Below are positions 36,359 through 46,023 of a stretch of DNA of 64,000 nucleotides, piece after piece. Source of the stretch: an uncultured bacterium (GTDB taxonomy: Bacteria; Acidobacteriota; Thermoanaerobaculia; Multivoradales; JAHZIX01); NCBI GenBank assembly GCA_965368975.1, contig CBDUPA010000006.1, positions 96,001 through 160,000 of the forward strand. The letters run 5' to 3'. The notes under the pieces are model-generated. The model saw only the letters and a program-made list of their open reading frames with translations, searched no databases and was not told the DNA's origin. Both the position numbers and the translations under genes were made by a program. Within the stretch, counting starts at the first letter, position 1, and the number at the start of each line of letters is the position of its first letter.

Positions 36359-37529
36359 CGCTGGTTGACTGAGTTTGTAGGGGCGATCGGGTCAGCAGGG
36401 TCGTCAGTCGCGGCTCCAGTGTGGCGGCGGCGAAGATATGGCCGGCGGGCGAGAAGTGCGTGTCCACCAGGCCGTGCAACCGTTCGCCGGTCGCCTCGAA
36501 GTGTTGCCGCATGGGGTCCGAGAGGTTCACGAAGTCGAGGCCTAGCTCGCGCAGGCGCGCCTCCATCAGGCGTGCCGGCTGGCCGTAATCCACTGCTGCG
36601 GGCGACTCACCCAACGCCCGCGCGTACGCCTCCCCGAGCCGCGCGTCGACCTCGACGGCACCCGGCAGGAGCACGAACAGCGCGTCGATGCCGTGTGCCG
36701 CGGTCACTTCGTCGATCTCCTGGCACTGTCGTGCCGTCAAGGCCCAGCGCTCCGCCTCGGCCTCACGGCGTAGATAGGCAGAGTCCAGGTGCCGTGCGCT
36801 CAGGCCCATCCGCATCAGCAGGTACCAAGCCTGGTTGCGCGCCAGCATGAACAGGTGGGAGCGGGTCTCGAGCGTGTCGTTGAGCGGATACAGCCAGGCA
36901 TTGACTAGCTCGCCCGGCCGCAAGCTGCGTGGCCAGCGCCAGGCGTGGCGCACGGTGCTCTGCTTCGGTGGGAACGCGTCGCGGCGCCAGGCTTCGATGT
37001 CGTTGCCCAGGTAGAGGAAGACCAGCACCAGGTCATAGGGTCGTCCGTCGGCGGGCGCGTCCAGCTCCTGCGCGGCTTTGATCCGGTAGTGACTCGGTCC
37101 CCAGCCACCGACACCGGTGTTCACCACCTCGACACCGTCGTTGAACCGCTCGCTCAGCGTGCGTGCCAGCAGCTCCGTCATCGTGTCCTCGGCCTCGACC
37201 TGGATAGCCGCCAGGTATGAATCGCCGAGCGCGAGGATGCGGTGTCCGGGCGTTGCCGTGGGAGTTTCACTGGTGATGCGGTAGCCGTGCTCGTCGGTGC
37301 GCAAGTGGATCTCGCGCTCGCCGGTGTTGATGCGTGTGTCAATGTTCGGCGTCTGCACCCAGCCGAGCCCGCTGTCGTCTGCCTGCCAGACATCCGGTCG
37401 CAGCAGGATCAGCTGCTGTGGTGCCAGCCAGCGCACCAGACCTTCGGCGAGCAGCAGCGAAACGCAGGTCGACAACACCAGCAACAGCAGCTTGCCCGCT
37501 CGGCGCCGCCAGCGGCGACGAGCAGACAT
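36324..37529 (-). CDS. Membrane-anchored SGNH/GDSL hydrolase (polysaccharide O-acyl transfer or removal); alternative start 37580
   Basis: N-terminal TM, LGDSY, NTGVGGWG, GND, DTHFSPAGH. Confidence 0.85.
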   Translation of the reverse strand: MSARRRWRRRAGKLLLLVLSTCVSLLLAEGLVRWLAPQQLILLRPDVWQADDSGLGWVQTPNIDTRINTGEREIHLRTDEHGYRITSETPTATPGHRILALGDSYLAAIQVEAEDTMTELLARTLSERFNDGVEVVNTGVGGWGPSHYRIKAAQELDAPADGRPYDLVLVFLYLGNDIEAWRRDAFPPKQSTVRHAWRWPRSLRPGELVNAWLYPLNDTLETRSHLFMLARNQAWYLLMRMGLSARHLDSAYLRREAEAERWALTARQCQEIDEVTAAHGIDALFVLLPGAVEVDARLGEAYARALGESPAAVDYGQPARLMEARLRELGLDFVNLSDPMRQHFEATGERLHGLVDTHFSPAGHIFAAATLEPRLTTLLTRSPLQTQSTSDDEADGGPGTH

Positions 37530-37555
37530 CTCGGTCGGCTTCGATGCTTCGGGCT

Positions 37556-37912
37556 TCAGAGTAGGCGGTCTCTGCCGCATAGGATATCCAGACCGTTCAG
37601 AATCGATTCGAGCTGAGAGCGCGAGACTCTTCCAACGCGTTCTCGCAGCTGATGGCGATGGAGCGTCAGGATCTGCGAAACATTGGCGACGGAGTCCTTG
37701 GGTAGTCCAGTCTTGCGGGATACGAGGAGCACGTTTCCCGGCATGTCTGCCAAAAGGGCATTGCTGGTCAAAGGGACGACCGTGACGGTTGCAAGCTGGC
37801 TCCGATTGAAGGAGTCGCACTGGATTATTACCACGGGGCGATCAAACCCTGGACCAGAGCCAACTGGTTCCGGCAAAGTGGCCCACCAGATGTCTCCCTG
37901 GCTGATCACCAC
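37556..37912 (-). CDS. mazF: PemK/MazF-family endoribonuclease toxin
   Basis: QGDIWW, RPVVIIQ, FN, VVPLTSN, DSVANVSQI. Confidence 0.93.
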   Translation of the reverse strand: MVISQGDIWWATLPEPVGSGPGFDRPVVIIQCDSFNRSQLATVTVVPLTSNALLADMPGNVLLVSRKTGLPKDSVANVSQILTLHRHQLRERVGRVSRSQLESILNGLDILCGRDRLL

Positions 37913-38142
37913 TCGGTGTTGGCCAGGATTCTGCGCGCCGCTTCGGTGACGAAGGCGTCTGGGCGCGTGTCGACGTCCGCACAGACGGCGTTGATCTTTT
38001 CGGTAACCGCGTCCGGGTCATGGCGGGCAGCGTACTCGGAGACGGCCTCGCTGTAGAGCTGGCTGCGGGACTTGTTCATCAGCTTGGCGAGGCGCTCCGC
38101 GGTATGGAAGATAGGATCGGGAATGGAGATAGCGGTCTTCAT
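37906..38142 (-). CDS. Ribbon-helix-helix antitoxin
   Basis: MKTAISIPD..F..AERLA....SRSQLY..AV; directly upstream of and overlapping the toxin gene. Confidence 0.9.
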   Translation of the reverse strand: MKTAISIPDPIFHTAERLAKLMNKSRSQLYSEAVSEYAARHDPDAVTEKINAVCADVDTRPDAFVTEAARRILANTEW

Positions 38143-38154
38143 ACTATGAGTATA
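38141..38154 (-). promoter_or_regulatory. TA promoter -10 (TATACT, 6 nt before ATG) overlapped by an inverted repeat (likely autorepression operator)
   Basis: Minus strand TATACT-CATAGT-ATG; ATACT-atg-AGTAT palindrome at 38141-38153. Confidence 0.65.
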
Positions 38155-38178
38155 ACCGAGAGTTGGGGAGAACTGCCC

Positions 38179-39006
38179 TTACCGCAGCCCCGGACGGTGC
38201 AGTCCGCTCAACTTCGCGGCCAGGTACCAGGGGCGATCCGAATACAGCCCGATGCGCGGGATCTCGTAGCCCTCGACGCCGGCACCCAGCGCGTCGAGTG
38301 CGAACCCCGCCCGGTATCCAGCCGCACGTACCGCCAGCGCCACGCGCTCGTCGTAGTCGCCGGTCGGGTAGGCGAAGAGATCGACTTCCTTGCCGGTGAT
38401 CTCTTCCAGCGTCCGCTTCGAGCCCCCCAGCTCGGCACGCAGGTCTTCGTCCGAGCATTGAGTCAGCAGCGGGTGCTTGACGCTGTGCGCACCGATGGTG
38501 ATGCCCGGGTTTTTGGCGCACTGACGCAGCTGCTCGGCGCTCATGCCATCGTACAGGTCTTGGGCGATCTCTTCCGGTACGTCGGCGGCATCGTCCCACT
38601 TGCGCGCCACCTGCTTGTGTGTCGCGGGCAGCCAATCACGCGGGTCGTGGACGTGCTGTGTGGTGATGAAGAAGACGGCCGGAGCGTCGAGTTCGCGCAG
38701 CACGGGAATGGCTTGCTCGAAGTTGTTGGCAAAGCCGTCGTCGAAGGTGAGCAGGATGCCGGGTTGACCGGCGAGGAATTGCCGTGGGCTGAGCAGGGCG
38801 AAGTGACGGCGCAGCCAGGTGAGGGCTCGGCGCAGTTCAGCGGCGTCGAAGCTGGGCTGGATGTCCTTGGGCAGGTCGGGGTAACGACGCGAAGCGACAC
38901 CGTGGAAGGTGATGGCGAAGCGGCAGCGTTGCGTCTTGAAGTGGCGGGCCAGGCTGGTGACGCCAGTGGCCCACAGCAAGAAGGAGGCGGCTTGCCGAAG
39001 GATCAT
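38179..39006 (-). CDS. Polysaccharide deacetylase (CE4)
   Basis: LTFDDG, GAHSVKHP, FAYPTG. Confidence 0.93.
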   Translation of the reverse strand: MILRQAASFLLWATGVTSLARHFKTQRCRFAITFHGVASRRYPDLPKDIQPSFDAAELRRALTWLRRHFALLSPRQFLAGQPGILLTFDDGFANNFEQAIPVLRELDAPAVFFITTQHVHDPRDWLPATHKQVARKWDDAADVPEEIAQDLYDGMSAEQLRQCAKNPGITIGAHSVKHPLLTQCSDEDLRAELGGSKRTLEEITGKEVDLFAYPTGDYDERVALAVRAAGYRAGFALDALGAGVEGYEIPRIGLYSDRPWYLAAKLSGLHRPGLR

Positions 39007-40304
39007 GAAGACTCCGTGGAGCGTGATGGTGAGGCGGAGGAGGGAGAGGAAGAGGAGGCCTGCGGTAGTTGCCAGGCGGCACGCAGGTGTTCGCCGATCG
39101 TGTCACGCCAGCATTCCAGCGTATAGTTCTCGGCACGCTGGCGTGCGGTACAGGCGAGGCGGGCGAGGCGTTCTGGATCGGCGGTGAGTTCGAGGACGGC
39201 GTCTGCGACGGCATCGGCGGTCGCTGCGGGCAGCACGACGCCGGCGGGGTCGGCTCCGGGCGGTTGCAACAAGTGGGGCAGCACTGAGACCGCGGGTGCG
39301 AGCACGGGCAGACCGCAAGCGAGGGCCTCGAGCACCGCCTTGGGGAAGCCCTCGGCGACGCGCGTCGGAAAGAGGAAGAGGTGACTCTCGCACAGCCGCT
39401 GCAGGAGTTCAGCGTGCGGCCGATTGCCGTGCAGGGTGACGGCGTCGGCGAAGTCGGGATCGCGCTCGCTGAGCTGCAGGATCTGAGCCTCCAGCGCCGT
39501 ACGGTGGGCACCGTCGCCGAAAACCTCGAGACGTGCGGGCAAGTGCCGGCGCAGCTCGAAGAGGGCTTGGATACAGGCGTCGACGTTCTTGCCGGCACTC
39601 AGGCGGCCGGCAAAGATCAGCCGCAGTTCCTGGCCCGGCTTCCAACCTGCCGCCGGCATCAAGGCGGCGAGCTGAGCGCGGCGCAAGCTGGTCGAGAAGA
39701 TCCACTGGACGTCGGCGTGCCCGGGCTGCCCGGCCGTCTGCGGCGGCCGCGTGCCTCCGCCAGTCGCTAGCACGACGCGCCGCGGGTAGGCAGGATGGGG
39801 TTCGGCGATGCGTGGTAGGAGCCAGCCGAGGAAGCGGTCGGCAATCGTCGTGCGGTTGCCCCAGGTACCACAGTGGCGTACGAAGAGGTGCTTGCGCTGA
39901 ACCAGAGCGAGTAGCAGGCCGACAGTACCGAGGTCGCCGGGGACGGCGGCGTGGACGACGTCGGCACGCCACAAGGTTCGCCACAGGGTCGGCAGGTGTC
40001 GCGGCAGCCAGAGCAGTAGCGCCAGCTTACGCCGCCAGCCGAGACCGGGAGGTTCGGGCACGGCGCGAACCTCGAGCGACGAGCCCGCCGTTGCTTGCAG
40101 CGGTGTCAGGCTGGCGGGTGCCGGCGTCGTGCGCCGGGTCACCAGCAGGGTGGTGTGCTCGAAGAGCTGTGCCAGTGCGGTCATCTGGAACGGGAAGCCG
40201 CCGTCCGTGGCGAAACCGGTGGGACTGCCGGTATCAGGCCAGCACGGCTTGTGCGATACCACGGCGAGCCGTTGGCGGTTCAGGGGTCGCCGTGGCGGGC
40301 TCAT
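39003..40304 (-). CDS. GT4 glycosyltransferase
   Basis: FAGRL..GKN, EGFPKAVLEALACGLPV; start MSPPRR overlaps the upstream stop. Confidence 0.9.
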   Translation of the reverse strand: MSPPRRPLNRQRLAVVSHKPCWPDTGSPTGFATDGGFPFQMTALAQLFEHTTLLVTRRTTPAPASLTPLQATAGSSLEVRAVPEPPGLGWRRKLALLLWLPRHLPTLWRTLWRADVVHAAVPGDLGTVGLLLALVQRKHLFVRHCGTWGNRTTIADRFLGWLLPRIAEPHPAYPRRVVLATGGGTRPPQTAGQPGHADVQWIFSTSLRRAQLAALMPAAGWKPGQELRLIFAGRLSAGKNVDACIQALFELRRHLPARLEVFGDGAHRTALEAQILQLSERDPDFADAVTLHGNRPHAELLQRLCESHLFLFPTRVAEGFPKAVLEALACGLPVLAPAVSVLPHLLQPPGADPAGVVLPAATADAVADAVLELTADPERLARLACTARQRAENYTLECWRDTIGEHLRAAWQLPQASSSSPSSASPSRSTESS

Positions 40305-41599
40305 GGTTGACTGTCCGGTGGAACATTGCGCTCGCTCAACCAGGTATCCAATTCCCAGGCCAGGCGTCGGTACGTCGCGTCGAAGCCGTAACGGCCCTCG
40401 ACTTGCGCCCGCGCTTTCCGCCCGGCCGTGGCCTGGTGTTCGGGGTCGCTGAGCAAGCGCCACAGCGCCTCGGCCATGCCGTCGTCGTCGGAGGCCAAGA
40501 AGAGGCCCTCGCCGTCGATCAGCTCCATGCCGGCGACGGCGTCCGGCGTGGCGACGACGGGGACGCCGAGCGCCATCACCTCGATCAGGCGGCTGCGAAA
40601 ACCGTAGGTGCCGACCCAAGGACACACGACCGCGTGCATGCTGGCGAGCACTGGCTGGACTTCCGGCACGAAGCCCGTGACCTTGACGCCGGCGTCCTCG
40701 TGCGCCAGGGTTTGTAGCTGTGCCGGCGGATGGCTACCGACCAGCCACAATTCGAGGTCGGGGACGTGCTGGCGTAGGCGCGGCAGTAGCTGGCGGTAGC
40801 AGCGCAGCGCGGCCTGCTGGTTGTGCTTGGTGGCCAGCCCACCGTAGTAGGCGATGCGGGGTGGATTTCCGGGCAGGTTGGGTGCCGGCTGGAAGGGCCA
40901 CTCGGCCAGGTCTACGCCCATTGGGGCGTAGAAGCGTGGCATCTCCTGCAGGGCTGCACCGACGTAGGTGTGTTCGTCACGGTTGATGGTGATCAGGGCG
41001 TCGAAGTCGCGCCAGGCAGCTTCTTCTTGCCGCCGATACGCTGCCACGCGACGGCGAGTCCAGAACGCGGGCAGTGGTACTCCGAAGAGTTTCACGTCTT
41101 GCCTTTGGCGTTCGTACGTCCGCCACAGCAGATCGTGCATGTCGAGCACACTGGGGACGCCGTGGCGGCGCAGCATGGGCGCGCAGGCGTGAGCGTGCCA
41201 GTACTCGAACAGGGTGAGGTCGAAGCCCCCGTCGCAGTCCCTGGCGTCGAGAAGCTCTTCGAGCGCCGTCTCGACGCGCCGCGGGTCGAACTCCAGCTGT
41301 ACGACGTAGTTCGAGGTCTTGAGGCTATGGCGGCGGGCGAAGAGTTCGGCGCGCAGCCGGTGCCAGAGACGGGCGAGCGGGTTGGCCTGGTAGCGTGACG
41401 GCAGCACGATGGCGAGGTCGACCAGCTCGGCCAAGCGGGCGCGCAGACCTTCGATCTCGGGCTCCGGGGCGAAGGTCAAGAAGGTGATGTGGAAGCGCTC
41501 GCTGAGCGCCAGTAGTTTGTTGCGCACGCGCTGCTGCTGGCCGGCACTGCCCGGGAAGGGCAAGACTGCTGACACGACCAGCAAGTTGCGTCGGGGCAT
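40301..41599 (-). CDS. GT4-like glycosyltransferase
   Basis: VTGFVP, GFRSRLIEVMALGVPVVAT. Confidence 0.88.
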   Translation of the reverse strand: MPRRNLLVVSAVLPFPGSAGQQQRVRNKLLALSERFHITFLTFAPEPEIEGLRARLAELVDLAIVLPSRYQANPLARLWHRLRAELFARRHSLKTSNYVVQLEFDPRRVETALEELLDARDCDGGFDLTLFEYWHAHACAPMLRRHGVPSVLDMHDLLWRTYERQRQDVKLFGVPLPAFWTRRRVAAYRRQEEAAWRDFDALITINRDEHTYVGAALQEMPRFYAPMGVDLAEWPFQPAPNLPGNPPRIAYYGGLATKHNQQAALRCYRQLLPRLRQHVPDLELWLVGSHPPAQLQTLAHEDAGVKVTGFVPEVQPVLASMHAVVCPWVGTYGFRSRLIEVMALGVPVVATPDAVAGMELIDGEGLFLASDDDGMAEALWRLLSDPEHQATAGRKARAQVEGRYGFDATYRRLAWELDTWLSERNVPPDSQP

Positions 41600-41607
41600 C
41601 GCGCGGC

Positions 41608-42504
41608 TCAGGCCTCGGGTGCGTCCGAGTACCCGAGAGCCTGCCGCACCTCGGCGGTGAGCTCGAGTACACGGGCGGCTTCGCTGGCGTCGACCCGCTC
41701 GGCCTGCAGGCGATCGATCGATGGTTCGAGGAACGCGGGCACCTCGTCCGGTGCGAACCAGCGGTGGCTGTTCTGGTCATAGGGAGTGGAGTGGGACCCG
41801 TCCGGCTGCAGGTGCGGCTTGCACTTGAAGCGCAGGCGCTCGACGGCACCGCGTTCCAGGCCGGCATGGTGGTAGATCTCGTCGACTGAAGCCAGCGGCT
41901 CGTGCACCAGCTGTTCAAAGCGCAGCAGGTGGCAGGCGTCGAAGCGATCAGCATCGTCGAGCATGCGCTGGGCCAACCGGTTGTAGAACGGCGCGAAGGC
42001 GTCCGGTCCGGGGCTGATGCCGCGGCGGCGATGACTCTCGTAGAGCGCCACGGGATGGCGCACCAGGGCGAAGAAGGTCGCGTCGGGGTAGACCTCGAGC
42101 AGACGCTCGGTGAGGAAGGTCAGTCCGTTGTTGTTCTTGGCCACCAGGCGTGATGCCTCTACTTCGTCCCGGGTGTACGTTTGCCCCGGCGCTTTGATGC
42201 TCATGTCCTCGTCGTCCAGTGTGGTCAACTTGTAGCGGTAGAGCACACGATCGAGATAGCGTGCCGCCGCCCCGGTCAGAGGGCGCCGCGGTTGTAGGTG
42301 CCACTGGTCGAACAAGCGTGGCTGGCGGCTGAGCACGCGCACCCACAGGCCAGGCCAGGTACGGGCGCGTAAGCCGAAGTAGAAGATCTCCAGCGTCTCG
42401 CGCATCGGCGAGCAGACCTGTGGATGACTGAGCAGCAAGTTCCACAGAATGTTGCTGCCACCGCGCGAAAAGCAGTTGAGGAAGATGGGGCGATGATTGA
42501 GCAC
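41608..42504 (-). CDS. Sulfotransferase family protein
   Basis: 5'-PSB-like SRGGSNILWNLLLSHP, 3'-PB-like LVRHP...YES, RFEQLV..P; GAGGA SD before GTG. Confidence 0.82.
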   Translation of the reverse strand: MLNHRPIFLNCFSRGGSNILWNLLLSHPQVCSPMRETLEIFYFGLRARTWPGLWVRVLSRQPRLFDQWHLQPRRPLTGAAARYLDRVLYRYKLTTLDDEDMSIKAPGQTYTRDEVEASRLVAKNNNGLTFLTERLLEVYPDATFFALVRHPVALYESHRRRGISPGPDAFAPFYNRLAQRMLDDADRFDACHLLRFEQLVHEPLASVDEIYHHAGLERGAVERLRFKCKPHLQPDGSHSTPYDQNSHRWFAPDEVPAFLEPSIDRLQAERVDASEAARVLELTAEVRQALGYSDAPEA

Positions 42505-42533
42505 GATAGGTTCCTCTGAAAGGCTAAGGATAC

Positions 42534-43328
42534 TCAGTGCGGCAGGCTGGTGGCCAGTCCGTGGCGGGGATACTCCTGCTGGCGGCTCGAATACCGTTCG
42601 AGTGGGTGCCAATGGTAGCGATGGCTCTGCAGGATGTCTCGTACGTCGCGCTCCAGCTGGGCGCTGTGGACCTCGAAGATCCAGGTGGGTCGCACGTTCT
42701 GCAGAAGTTCGGTCGCTCCCTCGAGGACGCGGCACTCGGCGCCTTCGACGTCGACCTTGACCAACGTCGGAGGTCGATACAGCGCGGCGAACGTGTCCAG
42801 CGTGGTGAGCCGCACAGTGAGCTGCTGTGCGTCGAGTTGCTGTGCGTCGGTCTCGGGATGCTCACTCAAGGCAGCCACTGTCGTCGCCGCATCGGTGCCC
42901 AGGGTCAGCCGCGCGCTGCCTTCGCGTTCGGCGACGGCCGCCTCGATCAGCTCGATGGGGGCAGCCGAGCCGGTCGCTACGGCTAAATGGCGAATCCGTG
43001 CGGCGTTGGCTGGCAGGGGCTCGAAGGCGTAGACCTGCCCACGCGGACCCGCGGTGAGTGCGCTCAGCAGCGCAAAGTAGCCCAGATGAGCACCGACGTC
43101 GTACACGATGGCATCAGGTCGCAGTTGCCGTGTGAGAGCAACCTGGGCAGGTAGCTCATAGATCCCCAGCCGCTGGGCCAGGCCAGCCGCCGGTAGCCGC
43201 CGGCCTCGCAGGGGGCCGGCCACGACACGGTCTGTGGGTAGCAAGCGCCGCATCAAGGCCTCGAAAGGGCGGCGGGCGGGACTCCACCACAGGGAGGCCA
43301 GCAGACGCTGAGCCAGCGTCGGTGTCAA
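42534..43328 (-). CDS. FkbM-family methyltransferase
   Basis: YDVGAHLG, AFEP, TLD, KVDVEGAE. Confidence 0.92.
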   Translation of the reverse strand: MTPTLAQRLLASLWWSPARRPFEALMRRLLPTDRVVAGPLRGRRLPAAGLAQRLGIYELPAQVALTRQLRPDAIVYDVGAHLGYFALLSALTAGPRGQVYAFEPLPANAARIRHLAVATGSAAPIELIEAAVAEREGSARLTLGTDAATTVAALSEHPETDAQQLDAQQLTVRLTTLDTFAALYRPPTLVKVDVEGAECRVLEGATELLQNVRPTWIFEVHSAQLERDVRDILQSHRYHWHPLERYSSRQQEYPRHGLATSLPH

Positions 43329-44740
43329 GACGAGACCTCGGCGCGGACCAGGCGCAGCAGGGCGGCCGCTACACGCCGGCCGCTGTTGCCGTCGAGAGTC
43401 GTGCCGAACATGCCGTCCAGGAAGCGCCGGCGCGCCGCGCGATCAGCGTCGGGCTCGGTAAGGCCACGCTGCAGCATGGTACGCATGTCCTCGGGTGAGC
43501 GCGCCACCATAACGGCACCGGAGTCGGCCACGGGCCAGTAGTGGTCGAAACGAATGTGACGCTCGTAGCCCAGGCACCACGGCAGGTCGCTGCCGGGCGG
43601 ATCGAAGTCGAGGTTGATCACTGGTTTGCCGAGCATCAACAGTTCCAGTGTGACCGTCGAGGCGGCGTTGATCCCCAGGGCGGCGTGGCGCAGCAAGCTG
43701 GTGTAGGTTGCCAGGTCGCGGCGTCGTGGAATCAGCCGCTCGGCGTCCCACTGCACGGGCGGGAACAGGACATTCGGCAGACCGCGTGCCGCTAGCGCTT
43801 TCATCTCGGGGCTGGTGTCCTTGACGTTGACGCGCACCACCAGCTGCGGCTTGACCGGCAGATCCAGCTCATCGAGCAGGCGGATGATCAGCTCCAGATG
43901 CTTGTGCTCTTCCGGAAAGTGATGCGCGATAGCGGCCGTGTAGCAGATGTACGGACGCGACGGATCGATCCCCATGCGCCGGCAGGTCTCTTCGCGGCTC
44001 AGGTGATAGTCGGGCTGGAAGTGGAAGTCGAACTGCGGTGTACCGGTGACGTGGATGTGGTCCTGGCCGACGAAGGGATAGACCTCGTGCAGCTGGTGGG
44101 CCATCCCCTGATGCCACACCAGGTAGTCGTCGTAGGGCACGAAGATGCGGCTGCGTGAGGTCAGGTTGTCCCAGGAGAAGACAAAGCCGGCGGTGCGTTG
44201 CCCCAGGCGGTGGGCGACACGCAGCGGCAACTCGCCGGCCATGCCGTGGATGTGCGAGCCGTTGAACACCAGGTCTGGCTGCAGACGCAGCAGCAGGGCA
44301 TCGAGATCGCGCGTCGGGCGCTGCAGATGGAAGAGTTCCTGCTCCAACGCGGTCAGCGCACGCAGCGCGGCTGGGAAGGTGAACAGACGCGCACCGGCCT
44401 TGACCAGCTTTTCGCGCCACAGCTTGCCGCGAGCTGCTGCCCGGCGGTCGCGCAGTTGCCAGTTGTTTTGCGCCACCGCGCTCCACAGCCAGCGGTCGTG
44501 GGCGTTCTCGGTGAAGGTGCGCAGGTAGTAGGCCAGGCGTGGGGGAGGCAGGTCCGGCAGCGGCAGGAAGTCGTCGACCAGCTCGCGGAAGGGAGCGACG
44601 AATTCGTCGTCATGAATCACGCTCAGTACCGTCACCCGTGCTTGCTCGGCCAAGTGCGGCAGGGTATTCGAGTAGAGGAAGTTTCGCACCGCCTCGCCGC
44701 GCGGGATGACGAGCACGATATGAGGACGCTGCTCACTCAT
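43325..44740 (-). CDS. GT-B fold transferase (CDP-glycerol glycerophosphotransferase-like; candidate nonulosonic acid transferase)
   Basis: SWDNLTS, TGTPQFD, ASTVTLE..GKPVI; coupled to the NeuA-like gene. Confidence 0.6.
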   Translation of the reverse strand: MSEQRPHIVLVIPRGEAVRNFLYSNTLPHLAEQARVTVLSVIHDDEFVAPFRELVDDFLPLPDLPPPRLAYYLRTFTENAHDRWLWSAVAQNNWQLRDRRAAARGKLWREKLVKAGARLFTFPAALRALTALEQELFHLQRPTRDLDALLLRLQPDLVFNGSHIHGMAGELPLRVAHRLGQRTAGFVFSWDNLTSRSRIFVPYDDYLVWHQGMAHQLHEVYPFVGQDHIHVTGTPQFDFHFQPDYHLSREETCRRMGIDPSRPYICYTAAIAHHFPEEHKHLELIIRLLDELDLPVKPQLVVRVNVKDTSPEMKALAARGLPNVLFPPVQWDAERLIPRRRDLATYTSLLRHAALGINAASTVTLELLMLGKPVINLDFDPPGSDLPWCLGYERHIRFDHYWPVADSGAVMVARSPEDMRTMLQRGLTEPDADRAARRRFLDGMFGTTLDGNSGRRVAAALLRLVRAEVSS

Positions 44741-46023
44741 GTCGTGGGCTCCTGACGCGCGGCGAGGAGATGATCACAGACTTCACGCACCGCGCCACGT
44801 CCTCCGGGCTTGCCGGTGACCCAGTCGGCAGTGGCGAGGATCTCCGGCCGAGCGTCGGCCGGGGCGATCGCCAGACCGGCCCAGCGCAGCGCGTCGAGGT
44901 CGTTGACGTCGTTGCCCATGAAAGCGACCTGGGCGGCGTCGAGACCGCGTTCGGTGGCCAGCTGCTGCAGTGCTTCGAGCTTGCGCGTGCAACTCTGCTC
45001 GCACGCCAGGCCGAGCTTGCGGCAGCGCGCCGCGACGACCGGGTTGGTCTCGCGCGAAAGCACGCGCAGCTCCAGGGAGCCGTGTTGCTCGGCGTCGCTT
45101 TGCTCGGCGTCGCGGCGCAGTCGCTCCAGGCCGAGGCCATCACCGCGGTGGCAGAACACCGCCTCGCGGCCGTCTTGGTCGACCAGCACCCGATCATCGG
45201 TCAGCACGCCGTCGAAATCGAAGACGAGGAGGTGAATGGCGGCAAGCCGAGCCAAGGCCGGCGCGGGTGCTGGTATCGGTGCTGGCGCCGACGCTGCCGA
45301 CTCGCTGCGGACGGTCAGCAAGCGCTCCATCAGCTCGAGGTCCCCTGGCTCATCGACCTGGAAAGAGTCGAGCGGATCCATCGGGTAGATGGCCACCTGG
45401 CCGCCCAGGCGGTTACCGTCGCGCCGCAGAATCTCGGGCTTGAAGACGTAGATAGAGCCGTTCTCCAGCCAGTCTTCGCCGATGTCCTGGCGCCGGGGAC
45501 GGTGCTGGAAGTCGTAGGTCAGCGATCGTGGTACTTCGTCTTCCTGCTGGCGCCAGACGAAGCCGTGCACCGGGCAGGCCGAGAACAGGCTGTCGGCCTG
45601 CTGGCGTTCCAGCGTCTCGATTGCGGCGTCGATGGCGCCGGGGCGGCGTAGCGGCGACGTGGCCTGTAGGAAGACCAGCAGATCCGGTGCGTAGCCCTCG
45701 GCCGCGAGGACCTCCAACGCATGGCTGAGAGCCGACTCGGAGGATGCAGTGTCGCCGCTCAGGTCGGCCGGCCGATCGATCACTTCGGCCCCCGCGCTGC
45801 GTGCGGTGTCGGCGATCTCGGCGTCATCGGTCGACACGACCACCCGATCGACGCGCTGCGCCGCCAGCGCCTGCTCGACGGTGTGCACCAGCAGCTGCTT
45901 GCCGGCCAGAGAGCGCAAATTCTTGCGCGGAACTCCCTTGGAGCCGCCGCGGGCGGGGATCAGGGCCAGGATCTTGGCGTGTCGGACCTGGACTTCCGGG
46001 GCCTCGGTGGGGGACTGGCTCAC
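44737..46023 (-). CDS. neuA: Acylneuraminate cytidylyltransferase fused to KdsC-like HAD phosphatase
   Basis: IPARGGSKGVPRKN, LQATSPLR, ENGSIY; C-terminal FDFDGVLTD, MGNDVND, GGRGAVRE. Confidence 0.9.
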   Translation of the reverse strand: MSQSPTEAPEVQVRHAKILALIPARGGSKGVPRKNLRSLAGKQLLVHTVEQALAAQRVDRVVVSTDDAEIADTARSAGAEVIDRPADLSGDTASSESALSHALEVLAAEGYAPDLLVFLQATSPLRRPGAIDAAIETLERQQADSLFSACPVHGFVWRQQEDEVPRSLTYDFQHRPRRQDIGEDWLENGSIYVFKPEILRRDGNRLGGQVAIYPMDPLDSFQVDEPGDLELMERLLTVRSESAASAPAPIPAPAPALARLAAIHLLVFDFDGVLTDDRVLVDQDGREAVFCHRGDGLGLERLRRDAEQSDAEQHGSLELRVLSRETNPVVAARCRKLGLACEQSCTRKLEALQQLATERGLDAAQVAFMGNDVNDLDALRWAGLAIAPADARPEILATADWVTGKPGGRGAVREVCDHLLAARQEPTT

